NCBI GenBank assembly: GCA_965601465.1
Contig: OZ271834.1
Span: 3,486,928 to 3,550,927, forward strand
Length of the DNA stretch: 64,000 nucleotides
Reading direction: 5' to 3'
From: Ekhidna sp.
GTDB taxonomy: Bacteria; Bacteroidota; Bacteroidia; Cytophagales; Cyclobacteriaceae
Position numbers and translations under genes: made by a program. The notes under the pieces are model-generated. The model searched no databases. It was not told the origin of the DNA and was given only the letters and a program-made list of their open reading frames with translations. Below, in pieces: positions 1 to 9,700 of this stretch (the stretch's first letter is position 1; each line of letters starts with the position of its first letter).

Positions 1-771
1 AAAACGATAATCGTTGACGATGAAAAAAAATCAAGGGATGGGCTGAAAAAGCTACTTTCAAGTAATAAGGAAGTGGAGTTGATTGGGTCCTGTAAAAATG
101 GTTTGGAAGCCATCGATACCATTGAGAAGAGTAGTCCCTCTCTTCTACTATTAGACATACAAATGCCAGGCATTTCTGGATTTGACGTTTTAAATAGTAT
201 CTCCTACAAACCAGTCACTATCTTCATTACTGCATTTGATAAATACGCCCTAAAAGCTTTTGAAGTGCATGCGGTGGATTATCTCTTAAAACCATTTACC
301 AATTCACGATTTAAAGAAGCTATAAATAATGCAACAGAAATTATCAGAAATAATCAACAACAGCACTCGATTGAAGCGCTAAAAAAATTAATGGATTCGA
401 TAGATCTAAATCAGAGCATCAATCAGGCCATACCTTCTTCTAATCGGTCAAACAAGTTGGTCATTCGTGTTGATGGACGAATAGAATTGATTGATTTTGA
501 CAAAATCATCTGGATAGAGGCTTATGATTATTATGTGAAAATTCATACGTCCGAAACCTACATCATTAAGGATAGTTTGAAGAACATCAGCCACATGTTA
601 CCTGATTATTTCTTTAGGGTACATAAGTCTTCCATCTTGAACCTTCATTTCATCCAAAGCCTTGAACCTATAGGGCATTCAGAAATGATCGCCAATCTAA
701 CCAATCAAGTAAATGTGAAAGTCTCCAGAAATTACAAAGAGGCACTGATGGATAAGCTAAGAATGATATAG
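1..771 (+). CDS. LytTR-family two-component response regulator (5' end cut by window edge)
   Basis: Frame 1 is open from nt 1 (KTIIVDDEKKSRDGLKKLL...), so the listed GTG at 73 is internal. Receiver motifs are present (IVDDE, LLLLDIQMPGISGFD, VDYLLKPF). They are followed by a LytTR DNA-binding domain (IWIEAYDYYVKIHT...FFRVHKSSILNL). Stop TAG at 769-771. Confidence 0.9.
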   Translation, partial: KTIIVDDEKKSRDGLKKLLSSNKEVELIGSCKNGLEAIDTIEKSSPSLLLLDIQMPGISGFDVLNSISYKPVTIFITAFDKYALKAFEVHAVDYLLKPFTNSRFKEAINNATEIIRNNQQQHSIEALKKLMDSIDLNQSINQAIPSSNRSNKLVIRVDGRIELIDFDKIIWIEAYDYYVKIHTSETYIIKDSLKNISHMLPDYFFRVHKSSILNLHFIQSLEPIGHSEMIANLTNQVNVKVSRNYKEALMDKLRMI

Positions 772-843
772 CACCAAAGCAACAAATAGTTATCTTCACA
801 CAATAATTATGCATTTTTCGCATTATTAGAATATTCAAATGAG

Positions 844-851
844 TACATTTG
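844..851 (+). promoter_or_regulatory. Candidate Bacteroidetes sigma-A -7 box (TACATTTG)
   Basis: Matches the TAnnTTTG consensus and lies 26 nt upstream of ATG 877. Confidence 0.4.
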
Positions 852-876
852 ATCTTTGAATATTACTATTCAATTT

Positions 877-3800
877 ATGATCACCAGGCTTACTCTCACC
901 ATTCTCTTGGCCTTGATCGGGTTGCTAGGCTATGGTCAATGCAGCTTGTTAAGTACCACCATCAGCGTTGATTTCAGTGCAGACGGGACCTGTGCGCCCG
1001 TGACAGTGAATACCTTTACTGTGACTTACACCTTCAATGCGGCTCAAAATCCCGCTGATATTGAAATCCAATTTATTTGGAATGATCCAGCCAACACCAC
1101 AGAGACCATTTCCGGAGCGGGGCTTGTCGTTTCTAATGGAGACCGCACCTATGAGGCAACTGCTACTCCATTCCCCTATCCCGATACGGGACCTGAATGC
1201 TTCTTTGAAGCACAGGCCTTTATAATTGTAGCTGGTGATGTATGTGAGACTTCTGAGCAAACGCAGATCGTCCCTTCCTGGAATTTTGATGATGAAAACG
1301 GAGGAATCATTGCCTTCGATCCCGGTCAATATGATATGTGCGAAAACACCGCCCTAACAAATGTGGTATTTGATGATGCATCCACCTTTAACTGTAACAT
1401 CAATGACAATCCGGACAACCCGAATCAAATTTCCCGATGGGTTCAATTTGTATATGGAACAGATCCAGCGCCAGCCGTCGGACGTCTTAGAGATCTAACG
1501 GTAGATGATGGTGGCGCCCAGGTAGTCACAGATAATGCCGGGAATTTTGTTGCTCCATTTACTAGAGGAACGGGAGCTGTAATGGTAACGGCAGGCTATT
1601 TTGGACCTGTTGAAGAAGTTCCATTCCCTGCAGACGTGCCCATCCATTCTACATTCCCGATTTCCGCACCAGCAAATGCTGCCAATGTAATCGGAACAAC
1701 TTTTGAAGTGACTTTATACAATTGGAATACCTGTAACCCCTTCAATGGAGATCAGATTGATCCCAACTATGAGGATGCGGTAACTGAAACATTGGTCATT
1801 GAGGTTATAGCTCCTCCAGCACCCAATTATGTGGCCAGGGATGGTGGTCCTGCGGGAGCCATTCTCACAGAATTTTGTATAAACGCAGACATCTATTTTG
1901 ATAATCTTACACCAGGTGGACCTTTTAATTATCTCTGGGAGTTCTTCGATGGTCCTTTAGATACCGACCCTTTGGCTGGAACCTCAACAGACGCAAATCC
2001 AACCTTTAATTTCAATTCGGGTGGTCCAAAACTGGTAAGACTGACTGCAACTGATCCGAATGCAGATGGGGTTTGTGATGTAGTTTATAATGATTTTGTA
2101 AATCTCTCTCCGGACGCCGTTGCAGATTTTGAGTTTTACGATGGTGGTTTTACCGCGCCGATCAATCCTGATTTCTGTCAGACTGGTGCCGACGTATTTA
2201 CGGTTGGCTTTAGAGATAATACGATAGATCAGCCCAACACGGAATTTCGATATGAATTTTATAATGAAGCAAATGCGCTAATAGGAACGGAGCCAACAGA
2301 TGGTTCTTATCTTCCAGATCCAGTACCTGATTTTACACGTGATTTTTCAGCAGAAGAATATACCATTGTGAGATTAGTAGCCCGCAATACTTCCACGCTC
2401 TGCGGCAGTGAAGACCAGGATACCGTATTTGTCTATGGGAGGCCACAGCCAGTATTTGCCTCCAACGAAGTTTGTGCAGGGAGCAGAACCTCATTTACGG
2501 GTATCGCCGACCCTATTACAAGTCTGACAACACAGGTTAATGACGATGAAGTGGACTTATACGAATGGGATTTTAGTTATAATGGTGTATTTAATGTCGA
2601 ACTAATAAGAACTGATAATAGTGATTTTGATTGGTTTTTAGATGGTACGGATATAGCTATTGGTGTAGAACCTGCAACCTCAGTTGAAGGTACCTATACG
2701 GTTGCACTTCGAATGACCACTGAAAAAGGAGGTTGTACGGATCTAATTACTCAATCTGTGACCATCAATGAGAATCCGGATTCCCAATTATCGCACGATG
2801 CAGTTATAGACGTTTGTCCGGGTGATATCATCACCTTTAATAATGATTCGAACAATCCGACACTTCCTGGAACGACTTATAGTCTAGAAGTTACACACCC
2901 ACCCTCGGCTTTTAGTTCATCTACCCCATTGACCATGATCAATACCCCTTTATCTTTTACCAACCCGGATGATACTACACGTACCTATCAAGCACAAATC
3001 AGAGCTGAGACGGTTGATGGTTGTGTCACATTTAGTGCCATAGAAACTTTTCGAGTATCACCAGATGAAGAAGCGGAATTTGACGATCCGGCATATAACT
3101 TTTTCAACACCAACTGCTCTCCATGGAACAGCACCATGATTGTCGATCCTGCCACGCAGCTATTAGATGCCGATTTATACCGATGGACCTTACTAGACAT
3201 CAATGGAGCTTTGGCCGGCTATCCTGTAGTTAAAAACAATGGCGATGCTGATTTTCATCAGCTTGACTATGAAATCATCAATACTTCTACCACTATCATG
3301 AATTATGCAATGGTATTGGAAGCCGAGAAATCGGGTGTATGTATCAGTAATGATACCTTTAATATTCAAATAAGTCCACAACCATCCGGACTATTCACTT
3401 TTGAAAGAACAGAGGATTGTGATCGGGTAAACTATACATTTGAAGCAACACAAAAAGGCCTGGCCGATTATGGTTGGACATTCAATCCCGTGCCGGATGC
3501 AACATTTGGAGGAGATGATGAAATTATGGTTTCATACAATCGTGAAGCAAATGCCGGAAATGATATCAATGCCACGATAACGCTTGTAACTACAAACCTG
3601 GCTTCCTGTGAAAGTGACCCGGAAATTATAAATGAAATCATTGAAAAGCAGCGACCTGCAAGCACTGTGGATTTCACTTTATCAACTACGGAACTTCAGC
3701 TACCGGAAAATACAGTCACCATCACAAATAACAGTACAACGGGGCTGACTTATCAATGGGATTTTGGTGATGGGGATACCTTCAATGGTTTTGATCCAGG

Positions 3801-4731
3801 CTCTCACGAATACAACCAATTCGGCACATATGAAATTACCCTTGCGGTCATTGATGATTTCTGTGTAGTAGAATCTACACAAACAGTAACGGTCCTTCCT
3901 ACTGCTCCAATCCTTGATTTTGAGGCTGATATTCTCGAAGGATGCGCCCCGCTCACTGTTCAGTTTACCAACCTCTCTCAATTTGCTGCTCCCGGAGAGT
4001 TCTTATGGGAATTTGGTGATGGCAGTATTTCCAGATCGGATAATCCTACTCATACCTTCTTTGCCGGAGGGGATTTCTCCGTTCGATTGAGGGGTGAAAA
4101 TGAAGTTGGAACCAATTCAGAAATCGAAAAAGAGCAATATATCTCTGTTTATGCCAGACCTTTTGCCGATTTCCTTGTCTCTACTAGAGTCGTCTTCATC
4201 CCTGACCAGGAAGCGGTATTCAAAAACCTCAGTGAAAACGCCACCACCTACTTATGGGATTTTGGTGATGGAACCACCTCTACAGAAACTGACCCAAGGC
4301 ACGCATACACGGAAGAAGGATTTTACGACATCACACTCATCGCTACCAATGATTTTGGATGTGTAGATACCTTATTCCGCTCTGCAGAAGTAGAAGCCAT
4401 TTCCGGAGGCCAGGTGAGTACTCCAAATGCATTTACACCTAATCTTAATGGTCCTACTGGCGGAAATATTGGCAATGGCGGTGGGGGCAGTGATCCCTCA
4501 CAAATCAATGATGTATTTCTTCCTCGACTTGAGGGAGTAGAACGATTTAGGATGCTGATATACAACAAATGGGGTGAGTTGATTTTTGAAAGCAATTCAC
4601 AAGACAGAGGTTGGGACGGCTACTACAGAAGAAAGTTGGCCCCGTCCGGTGTGTATGTTTATAAGCTGGAAATTCGTTTTTCCGATGGACGTGACCAAGT
4701 CAAGGTAGGTGATGTAACTTTGATTCGTTGA
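877..4731 (+). CDS. Large secreted cell-surface protein with PKD repeats and a T9SS type-B (gliding-motility-associated) C-terminal sorting domain
   Basis: The tracked ORF begins at TTG 856, but ATG 877 gives a clean signal peptide (MITRLTLTILLALIGLLGYGQ). PKD-type motifs: YQWDFGDGDTF, FLWEFGDGSISRSDNPTHTF, YLWDFGDGTTSTETDPRHAY. The C-terminus from about nt 4420 (TPNAFTPNLNG...NDVFLPR...YNKWGELIFES...GWDGYY...GVYVYKLEI...GDVTLIR) is the type-B CTD signature. Confidence 0.85.
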   Translation: MITRLTLTILLALIGLLGYGQCSLLSTTISVDFSADGTCAPVTVNTFTVTYTFNAAQNPADIEIQFIWNDPANTTETISGAGLVVSNGDRTYEATATPFPYPDTGPECFFEAQAFIIVAGDVCETSEQTQIVPSWNFDDENGGIIAFDPGQYDMCENTALTNVVFDDASTFNCNINDNPDNPNQISRWVQFVYGTDPAPAVGRLRDLTVDDGGAQVVTDNAGNFVAPFTRGTGAVMVTAGYFGPVEEVPFPADVPIHSTFPISAPANAANVIGTTFEVTLYNWNTCNPFNGDQIDPNYEDAVTETLVIEVIAPPAPNYVARDGGPAGAILTEFCINADIYFDNLTPGGPFNYLWEFFDGPLDTDPLAGTSTDANPTFNFNSGGPKLVRLTATDPNADGVCDVVYNDFVNLSPDAVADFEFYDGGFTAPINPDFCQTGADVFTVGFRDNTIDQPNTEFRYEFYNEANALIGTEPTDGSYLPDPVPDFTRDFSAEEYTIVRLVARNTSTLCGSEDQDTVFVYGRPQPVFASNEVCAGSRTSFTGIADPITSLTTQVNDDEVDLYEWDFSYNGVFNVELIRTDNSDFDWFLDGTDIAIGVEPATSVEGTYTVALRMTTEKGGCTDLITQSVTINENPDSQLSHDAVIDVCPGDIITFNNDSNNPTLPGTTYSLEVTHPPSAFSSSTPLTMINTPLSFTNPDDTTRTYQAQIRAETVDGCVTFSAIETFRVSPDEEAEFDDPAYNFFNTNCSPWNSTMIVDPATQLLDADLYRWTLLDINGALAGYPVVKNNGDADFHQLDYEIINTSTTIMNYAMVLEAEKSGVCISNDTFNIQISPQPSGLFTFERTEDCDRVNYTFEATQKGLADYGWTFNPVPDATFGGDDEIMVSYNREANAGNDINATITLVTTNLASCESDPEIINEIIEKQRPASTVDFTLSTTELQLPENTVTITNNSTTGLTYQWDFGDGDTFNGFDPGSHEYNQFGTYEITLAVIDDFCVVESTQTVTVLPTAPILDFEADILEGCAPLTVQFTNLSQFAAPGEFLWEFGDGSISRSDNPTHTFFAGGDFSVRLRGENEVGTNSEIEKEQYISVYARPFADFLVSTRVVFIPDQEAVFKNLSENATTYLWDFGDGTTSTETDPRHAYTEEGFYDITLIATNDFGCVDTLFRSAEVEAISGGQVSTPNAFTPNLNGPTGGNIGNGGGGSDPSQINDVFLPRLEGVERFRMLIYNKWGELIFESNSQDRGWDGYYRRKLAPSGVYVYKLEIRFSDGRDQVKVGDVTLIR

Positions 4732-4734
4732 TTG

Positions 4735-5766
4735 ATGAGAAAAACATGTAGTTATATCACCGCACTACTTATCTCAGCTCTTGTATTTTCACAGGATGCG
4801 CAGTACTCTCAATTTTATGCTAATCCCATTTACTTAAACCCCGCCTTTGCTGGAACAGCACCAGATACACGTGCAGTTGTCATTCATCGGATACAATGGC
4901 CCAACTTACCTCAGGCATTTTCTAACTCAACTGCATCGCTTGACTATAACGCCAGTGATATAAATAGTGGCTTTGGAGTAATCATTCATTCAGACCAGGA
5001 AGGAACGGCCGGACTAAGAAGTACGACAGGATCTTTTATCTATGCGTATGAGGCTAACCTTAACAATAAAATTGTATTGCGCCCAGCTTTAAAGTTCGGC
5101 TATACATTTAGGGACATTGACAGAAGCAAACTGGTCCTTGGAGACCAGGTGGATTTCGGGGTGGATGGAACACCTTCTCAAGATCCTCAGATCAACTCGA
5201 TTAGGTTAAAGAATCATTGGGATATCGGTGCCGGTTTTTTGATATATACCAAGAAAAATTGGTTTGGAATAGGCATTGATCACCTTACCAGACCTAATCG
5301 CTCGTTGCTGGAAGGTGAAGACACTTTACCAATTAGATATTCTGTTCACATTGGAAGTAGGTACCCTCTTCAAAAACTGGTGAGTATTGGCTCGTTGATA
5401 CCAACCATTGCGCCAAGCATTTTATACAGAAGACAGGGTGAGTTTCAACAGATCGATGCAGGTGCAACCGTCCACCTTCAACCAGTAATTATTGGGTTGT
5501 ATTATCGAGGAATGCCTTTCATTAAAAATGACTTTGGTTTACTCAACCAGGATGCCATCATTCTTGTGGCTGGAATAGAATACGCGAATTTTGAATTTGG
5601 ATATAGCTTCGACCTCAACATTTCTAAGCTGGATCCTGTCGCTGGCGGAGGTGCTCATGAATTCTCACTGGTCTACAACTTCAAGATGCCAAAGGATCCA
5701 TACAAAACACCAAGTAGTAAGAAAAGACTCGGCTGTCCAACATTTCTCCAAAGGGTCGGTAATTAA
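4735..5766 (+). CDS. PorP/SprF-family type IX secretion system membrane protein
   Basis: Signal peptide followed by QDAQYSQFYANPIYLNPAFAG, the hallmark N-terminus of the PorP/SprF family. The rest is beta-barrel-like sequence. The start lies 4 nt after the stop of the type-B CTD cargo gene. Confidence 0.85.
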   Translation: MRKTCSYITALLISALVFSQDAQYSQFYANPIYLNPAFAGTAPDTRAVVIHRIQWPNLPQAFSNSTASLDYNASDINSGFGVIIHSDQEGTAGLRSTTGSFIYAYEANLNNKIVLRPALKFGYTFRDIDRSKLVLGDQVDFGVDGTPSQDPQINSIRLKNHWDIGAGFLIYTKKNWFGIGIDHLTRPNRSLLEGEDTLPIRYSVHIGSRYPLQKLVSIGSLIPTIAPSILYRRQGEFQQIDAGATVHLQPVIIGLYYRGMPFIKNDFGLLNQDAIILVAGIEYANFEFGYSFDLNISKLDPVAGGGAHEFSLVYNFKMPKDPYKTPSSKKRLGCPTFLQRVGN

Positions 5767-5853
5767 AAAAATGCGGTGACTTGTAGCTGTATTGCAATTC
5801 TGGTTGGCGACTACCTTCTAGCCTATCTGTTAGCCCCGCTGCTCCAACTATGA
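5767..5853 (+). pseudogene. 3'-terminal stub of an MlaE-like ABC permease gene (last ~25 codons only)
   Basis: The frame ending at TGA 5851-5853 reads KNAVTCSCIAILVGDYLLAYLLAPLLQL*. This resembles the MlaE C-terminal helix (E. coli ...[21 protein letters not shown]). Its stop overlaps the ATG of the downstream ATPase (ATGA), the usual mlaE-mlaF coupling. On the upstream side the frame is closed by the porP stop codon (5764-5766). Confidence 0.55.
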
Positions 5854-6599
5854 TCGAAGTAAGCAACATATCCAAATCATTTGATGACAAGCAGGTGCTT
5901 CACAACATCAACGCGGAATTCGAGCCTGGAAAGGTAAACATGATCATCGGAGCCAGTGGTACAGGTAAGAGTGTGTTGTTGAAATGCATTGTAGGCTTGT
6001 TGGTGCCCGATGAAGGGAAAGTCGAGTTCAATGGACGTAGTTTTGCCAACGCTTCAAAAGAAACCCAAACTGAAGTACGCAGGGAAATGGGCATGCTTTT
6101 TCAAGGTGGCGCCCTTTTTGACAGCTTAACTGTCGAGCAAAACGTCATGTTTCCATTGAACGTGCTAACCAAGCAATCGCCTGAAGAAAAAATCGATCGC
6201 GTTAACTTTTGCCTTGAGCGGGTTGGGCTGGAAAATGTGAACAGCAAGATGCCTTAAGAAATCTCTGGAGGGATGAAAAAGCGAGTAGGGATAGCCCGAG
6301 CAATCGTGACAAAACCCAATTAACTCTTTTGTGATGAGCCTAATTCCGGATTAGATCCACAGACTTCCATTAAAATTGATAACCTGATCAAGGACATCAC
6401 GCTCGAATACAACATTACCACGGTGGTTGTGTCGCATGACATGAATTCAGTACTTGAGTCTGGCGATAATGTGAACTTCATGTATCAGGGAAGGATCTTA
6501 TGGTCTGGCACCAGTGATAAAATAGGCGATTCTGACGTGCAGGAGCTCAATGATTTCGTTTATGCCGGTCGACTCATGAAGATGGTAAAAGGTAGATAG
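5850..6599 (+). pseudogene. MlaF-like ABC transporter ATP-binding protein interrupted by two in-frame TAA codons
   Basis: A single frame from ATG 5850 to TAG 6597-6599 carries Walker A (GASGTGKS), Q-loop (LFQGGALF), signature (EISGGM), Walker B (LFCDEP) and H-loop (VVSHD). TAA at 6255-6257 replaces the residue before EISGGM. TAA at 6321-6323 lies just before LFCDEP. There are no frameshifts. Confidence 0.8.
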
Positions 6600-6616
6600 A
6601 CGTACCACCAAAAAAG

Positions 6617-6709
6617 CTAGAAAAACGCCGTAACCTGAACATTTCCGGTATGGATTGCTGAATTGTCTTCCGACTTGCGCCCATTGTAAAGTAAGGATAG
6701 CTGCATTTT
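6617..6709 (-). pseudogene. Relic of the 3' end of a paralogue/orthologue of the 1149-aa gene at 11319..14768
   Basis: The reverse strand reads KMQLSLLYNGRKSEDNSAIHTGNVQVTAFF*. The true gene's C-terminus is GMQISLLYNGRKSEDNAAIHTGNVQVTAFF*, giving 27/30 aa identical. Nucleotide identity is about 74%, with a perfect 21-nt core (acctgaacatttccggtatg, also at 11334). The frame is closed upstream by a stop at 6743-6745. Confidence 0.75.
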
Positions 6710-6712
6710 AGG

Positions 6713-6745
6713 TAGATAACCACCGTCGTTGACGGTGGTTATCTA
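6713..6745. repeat. Perfect inverted repeat (15-bp arms, 3-nt loop); possible bidirectional terminator or recombination junction
   Basis: tagataaccaccgtc-gtt-gacggtggttatcta. It lies between the convergent ATPase pseudogene and the protease gene and starts 4 nt after the relic homology ends. There is no flanking U-tract on either strand. Confidence 0.6.
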
Positions 6746-6791
6746 AGGTCATTAATACAATTATTTTTATTTTAATTCTGTGCAAATGTCT

Positions 6792-9700
6792 CTACTGCTT
6801 TATAAATCGCAGTAGCGTAGCATAACTATCAATCTTAATGAGGTAAATGCCCGGCGCAAGCCTCGAAACATTAAGGCTGTTACGCTCTCCATCCAGATTA
6901 TGTCTCATGAGTTCTTTGCCGTCAAGACTTAAGACTACTGCTGTCTTACCCTTCAACTTTTGGTCTCCTGTCAGTACCATGACTTCCTGAGAAACAGGAT
7001 TTGGGTAAATTTCCAACGGATTAACTAATTCTGTCTCTAATTCTTCTCCTTCATTATCGCTCTTCTCTTCTATGGTCGAAATGCTTCTCGCATTTGCTGA
7101 ACCGGACATAAGATTTATGGTATAATCTTCCACCTCATACAAAGGATTGCCCTGTGTGCAGTAATCATCGTAATTCATTGCAGCACTACCCACAGCTATA
7201 CGCATTCGAGTAGGACCAGCTATGGCATTCTGATTTACTGTAATTGATGACAAAACCATATTTCCGCTCGTATGAGTCCCTATTCCAAAGGCTGTTTCGG
7301 CAAAGTCATCAAAATCACCATCTCGGTTCCAATCGATCCAACCATATATTTCTACTTGTTTAGCGTAATCATGGGCTGTAGTAATGGTGATTGGAATGGT
7401 TGATGAGCCATCAATTTGTATATCTGTTGATGTACTGGTATAATCCGAGTAACCATCGTCATAACTACTCCGATCGATCGTTCCCACCTGCACTCTACTA
7501 ATCCATGGATTGTAAACCTGATTACCGTAAGATGTGCAATAGGAAAAATCTTCCACTAATTGTACGGTGTAGTCTTCAGTTTCACCCCAAGACCTGTTTA
7601 CCTCACCACAGCTTTCAGTTATGGGGTCATAGTCCATTACCACACGCAAACGGATAGATCTAGGTGTAAGTAATTCTGGAATGTGTATTGTCCCACTTAG
7701 GGTTCCGTTAGCCTCGGATCTTCCTGTGAATAATCTTTCATCCGGTTCAAATGTACGATTACTATTAAGATCAATAAATACCGCCCAATATTCTCTGTAT
7801 GATGCGCCGTTAAAACCGGGATGAAGTATAATTTCCGCATCCCGACCTATTCCAAATTCGGTGGTTAAATGAGTGAAATCAGCGTATCCTCCATTGTCAC
7901 CACTTGTATTATCAATTTCACCGATCTCAACCCTTCTAATGAACTCATAGCGAGTATCACCATCATTGGTGCAATAAGTAAGTAGCTCCTCTGCTCCAAT
8001 GGTCGGGGAGTATTCATTTCTTACATTTCCGAAAATATCTAAAGGCACTTCTTGAAGAGGTAAGCCGTTTTGCATAATGTAATTAGCCGGATTCTCTGAC
8101 AGGCTTAAATCTTCATTGTATTCAGGTTGATAAATGAATGAATTCATGTCAAATCCTGTAGCCTGCTGTAATTCTTCAAGGTTATAGAATTGGTTATCCA
8201 ATCGAATGAGGTCTCCATTCAATTGATAAATATTATGATCTCGTCGGACAAATGAAGTGTTATCGACGTATTGGAGCTCAGCAAAGACATTGTTTACCAA
8301 CTCGATATTATCTGAATTACTAAAAGCACTTCTCTCTAAAAATGTATTATTACTTATAAGTGCGTTTTGAACATTAACCACTGTAAGCCTCCGCATTATT
8401 ACATTGTTTGTAATAATCATATTTTCACCATTTACTATTCTCAAACCAGAATGAAAAAAAATATTGTCTGAAAAAACCACATTATTTACTAAAAGTCCAG
8501 TGAATGAACTTCCGCCAGTCCCGTATGACCTATTGCCAGTGATCGTTAGTCCATCAATAACATCCGATTGTTCAGAACTTAGGAACCACGATCCTGGAAT
8601 TTCTCCTTGCCCTTCATCACTGTATTCAAACGTATTGTCTCTAATCTCAATATTACTTGCAGGTGAAAAGAAAAGTGTCTGAATTCCCACGAAAGAATCC
8701 AAATGATTTTTCTCTATGGAAACATTAGCTACAGACCCCCTTAAATGAATGGAATTTCCACTAACTCCACGATTCAATATATTGAGGCCTTGTATGGATA
8801 CATATTCCATATCATGGAGTACGACGGGTCCATAAATATTCCTGAATGTATTGTAATTGATAAAGACTGTACCTTCACCTTCTGCAGATTGTATTGTTAG
8901 CTGGTGATTTTCGTCGGTAGCTATATCGGAAATATACAGCTGCTCATTATAGATACCTGGCAAAATATTAAATACAATGTTTCCGCAGATGGCAGCGTTT
9001 TGCTGTTTTAAAGCTTGCAGTGCAGCTGCAGGAGTAGAAAAAAACTGTCCTTGCCCTATCGAAATGGAACCTGAAAAAGCATGCAGCTCAAAACTATTGT
9101 TATCAACCACAGGATCCGTTTCATAGAAAATTTCTGCTAAAAGATGGTTGTATTGATTTACAAGTGGTACTATCTGCTCCATAACTACTTCTCCGCCTGG
9201 TTCAAGGTCAGCTAAAAAAACGAAGTTTGTTTCTATGGATAACTGATCATTAACATATATGCTGATTGTAGTCATTTCACCAGCGTCTATTGCGTCTGTT
9301 ATACTGAAATTTTTAATCGTAACATTGAGCTGATTGCAATCCTGGCCTACTACTTCTACATTGCTTATACCCAGATCATTCGATGCCACCACTTCAGACC
9401 CAACCCCTACTGCATGCCAGGCTGCGGCGACTGATGCATATTCCTGCGAAGCACGTCCATATATATCTTCTGCTGCTTGTAATGACCCTTCTCTCGCATC
9501 AAAATAATTGGAATTTGGCCCAAGGTAGCTGGTGAGATTCCGATATGCAATGCGAGCTGCAGCTCCAACTCCTATACCAGTTACATTATATTCGTCCAAA
9601 TTATCATTTGTATCGCTTCCTCCTTCGGACAGTAAATAAAACCAGAAGTTTTGTACCCCACTATTGGTATGCACACCTCCGTTATCACCTGCTCCATAGT

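Noticed and set aside
5850-6599. Genome-wide reassignment of TAA to a sense codon as the explanation for the two internal TAA codons
   Set aside because: TAA clearly terminates well-conserved genes in the same window at their expected ends, for example porP/sprF at 5764-5766 and rpsR at 57290-57292. The sensor gene also ends in TAA-TAA. A global recoding is therefore not supported.
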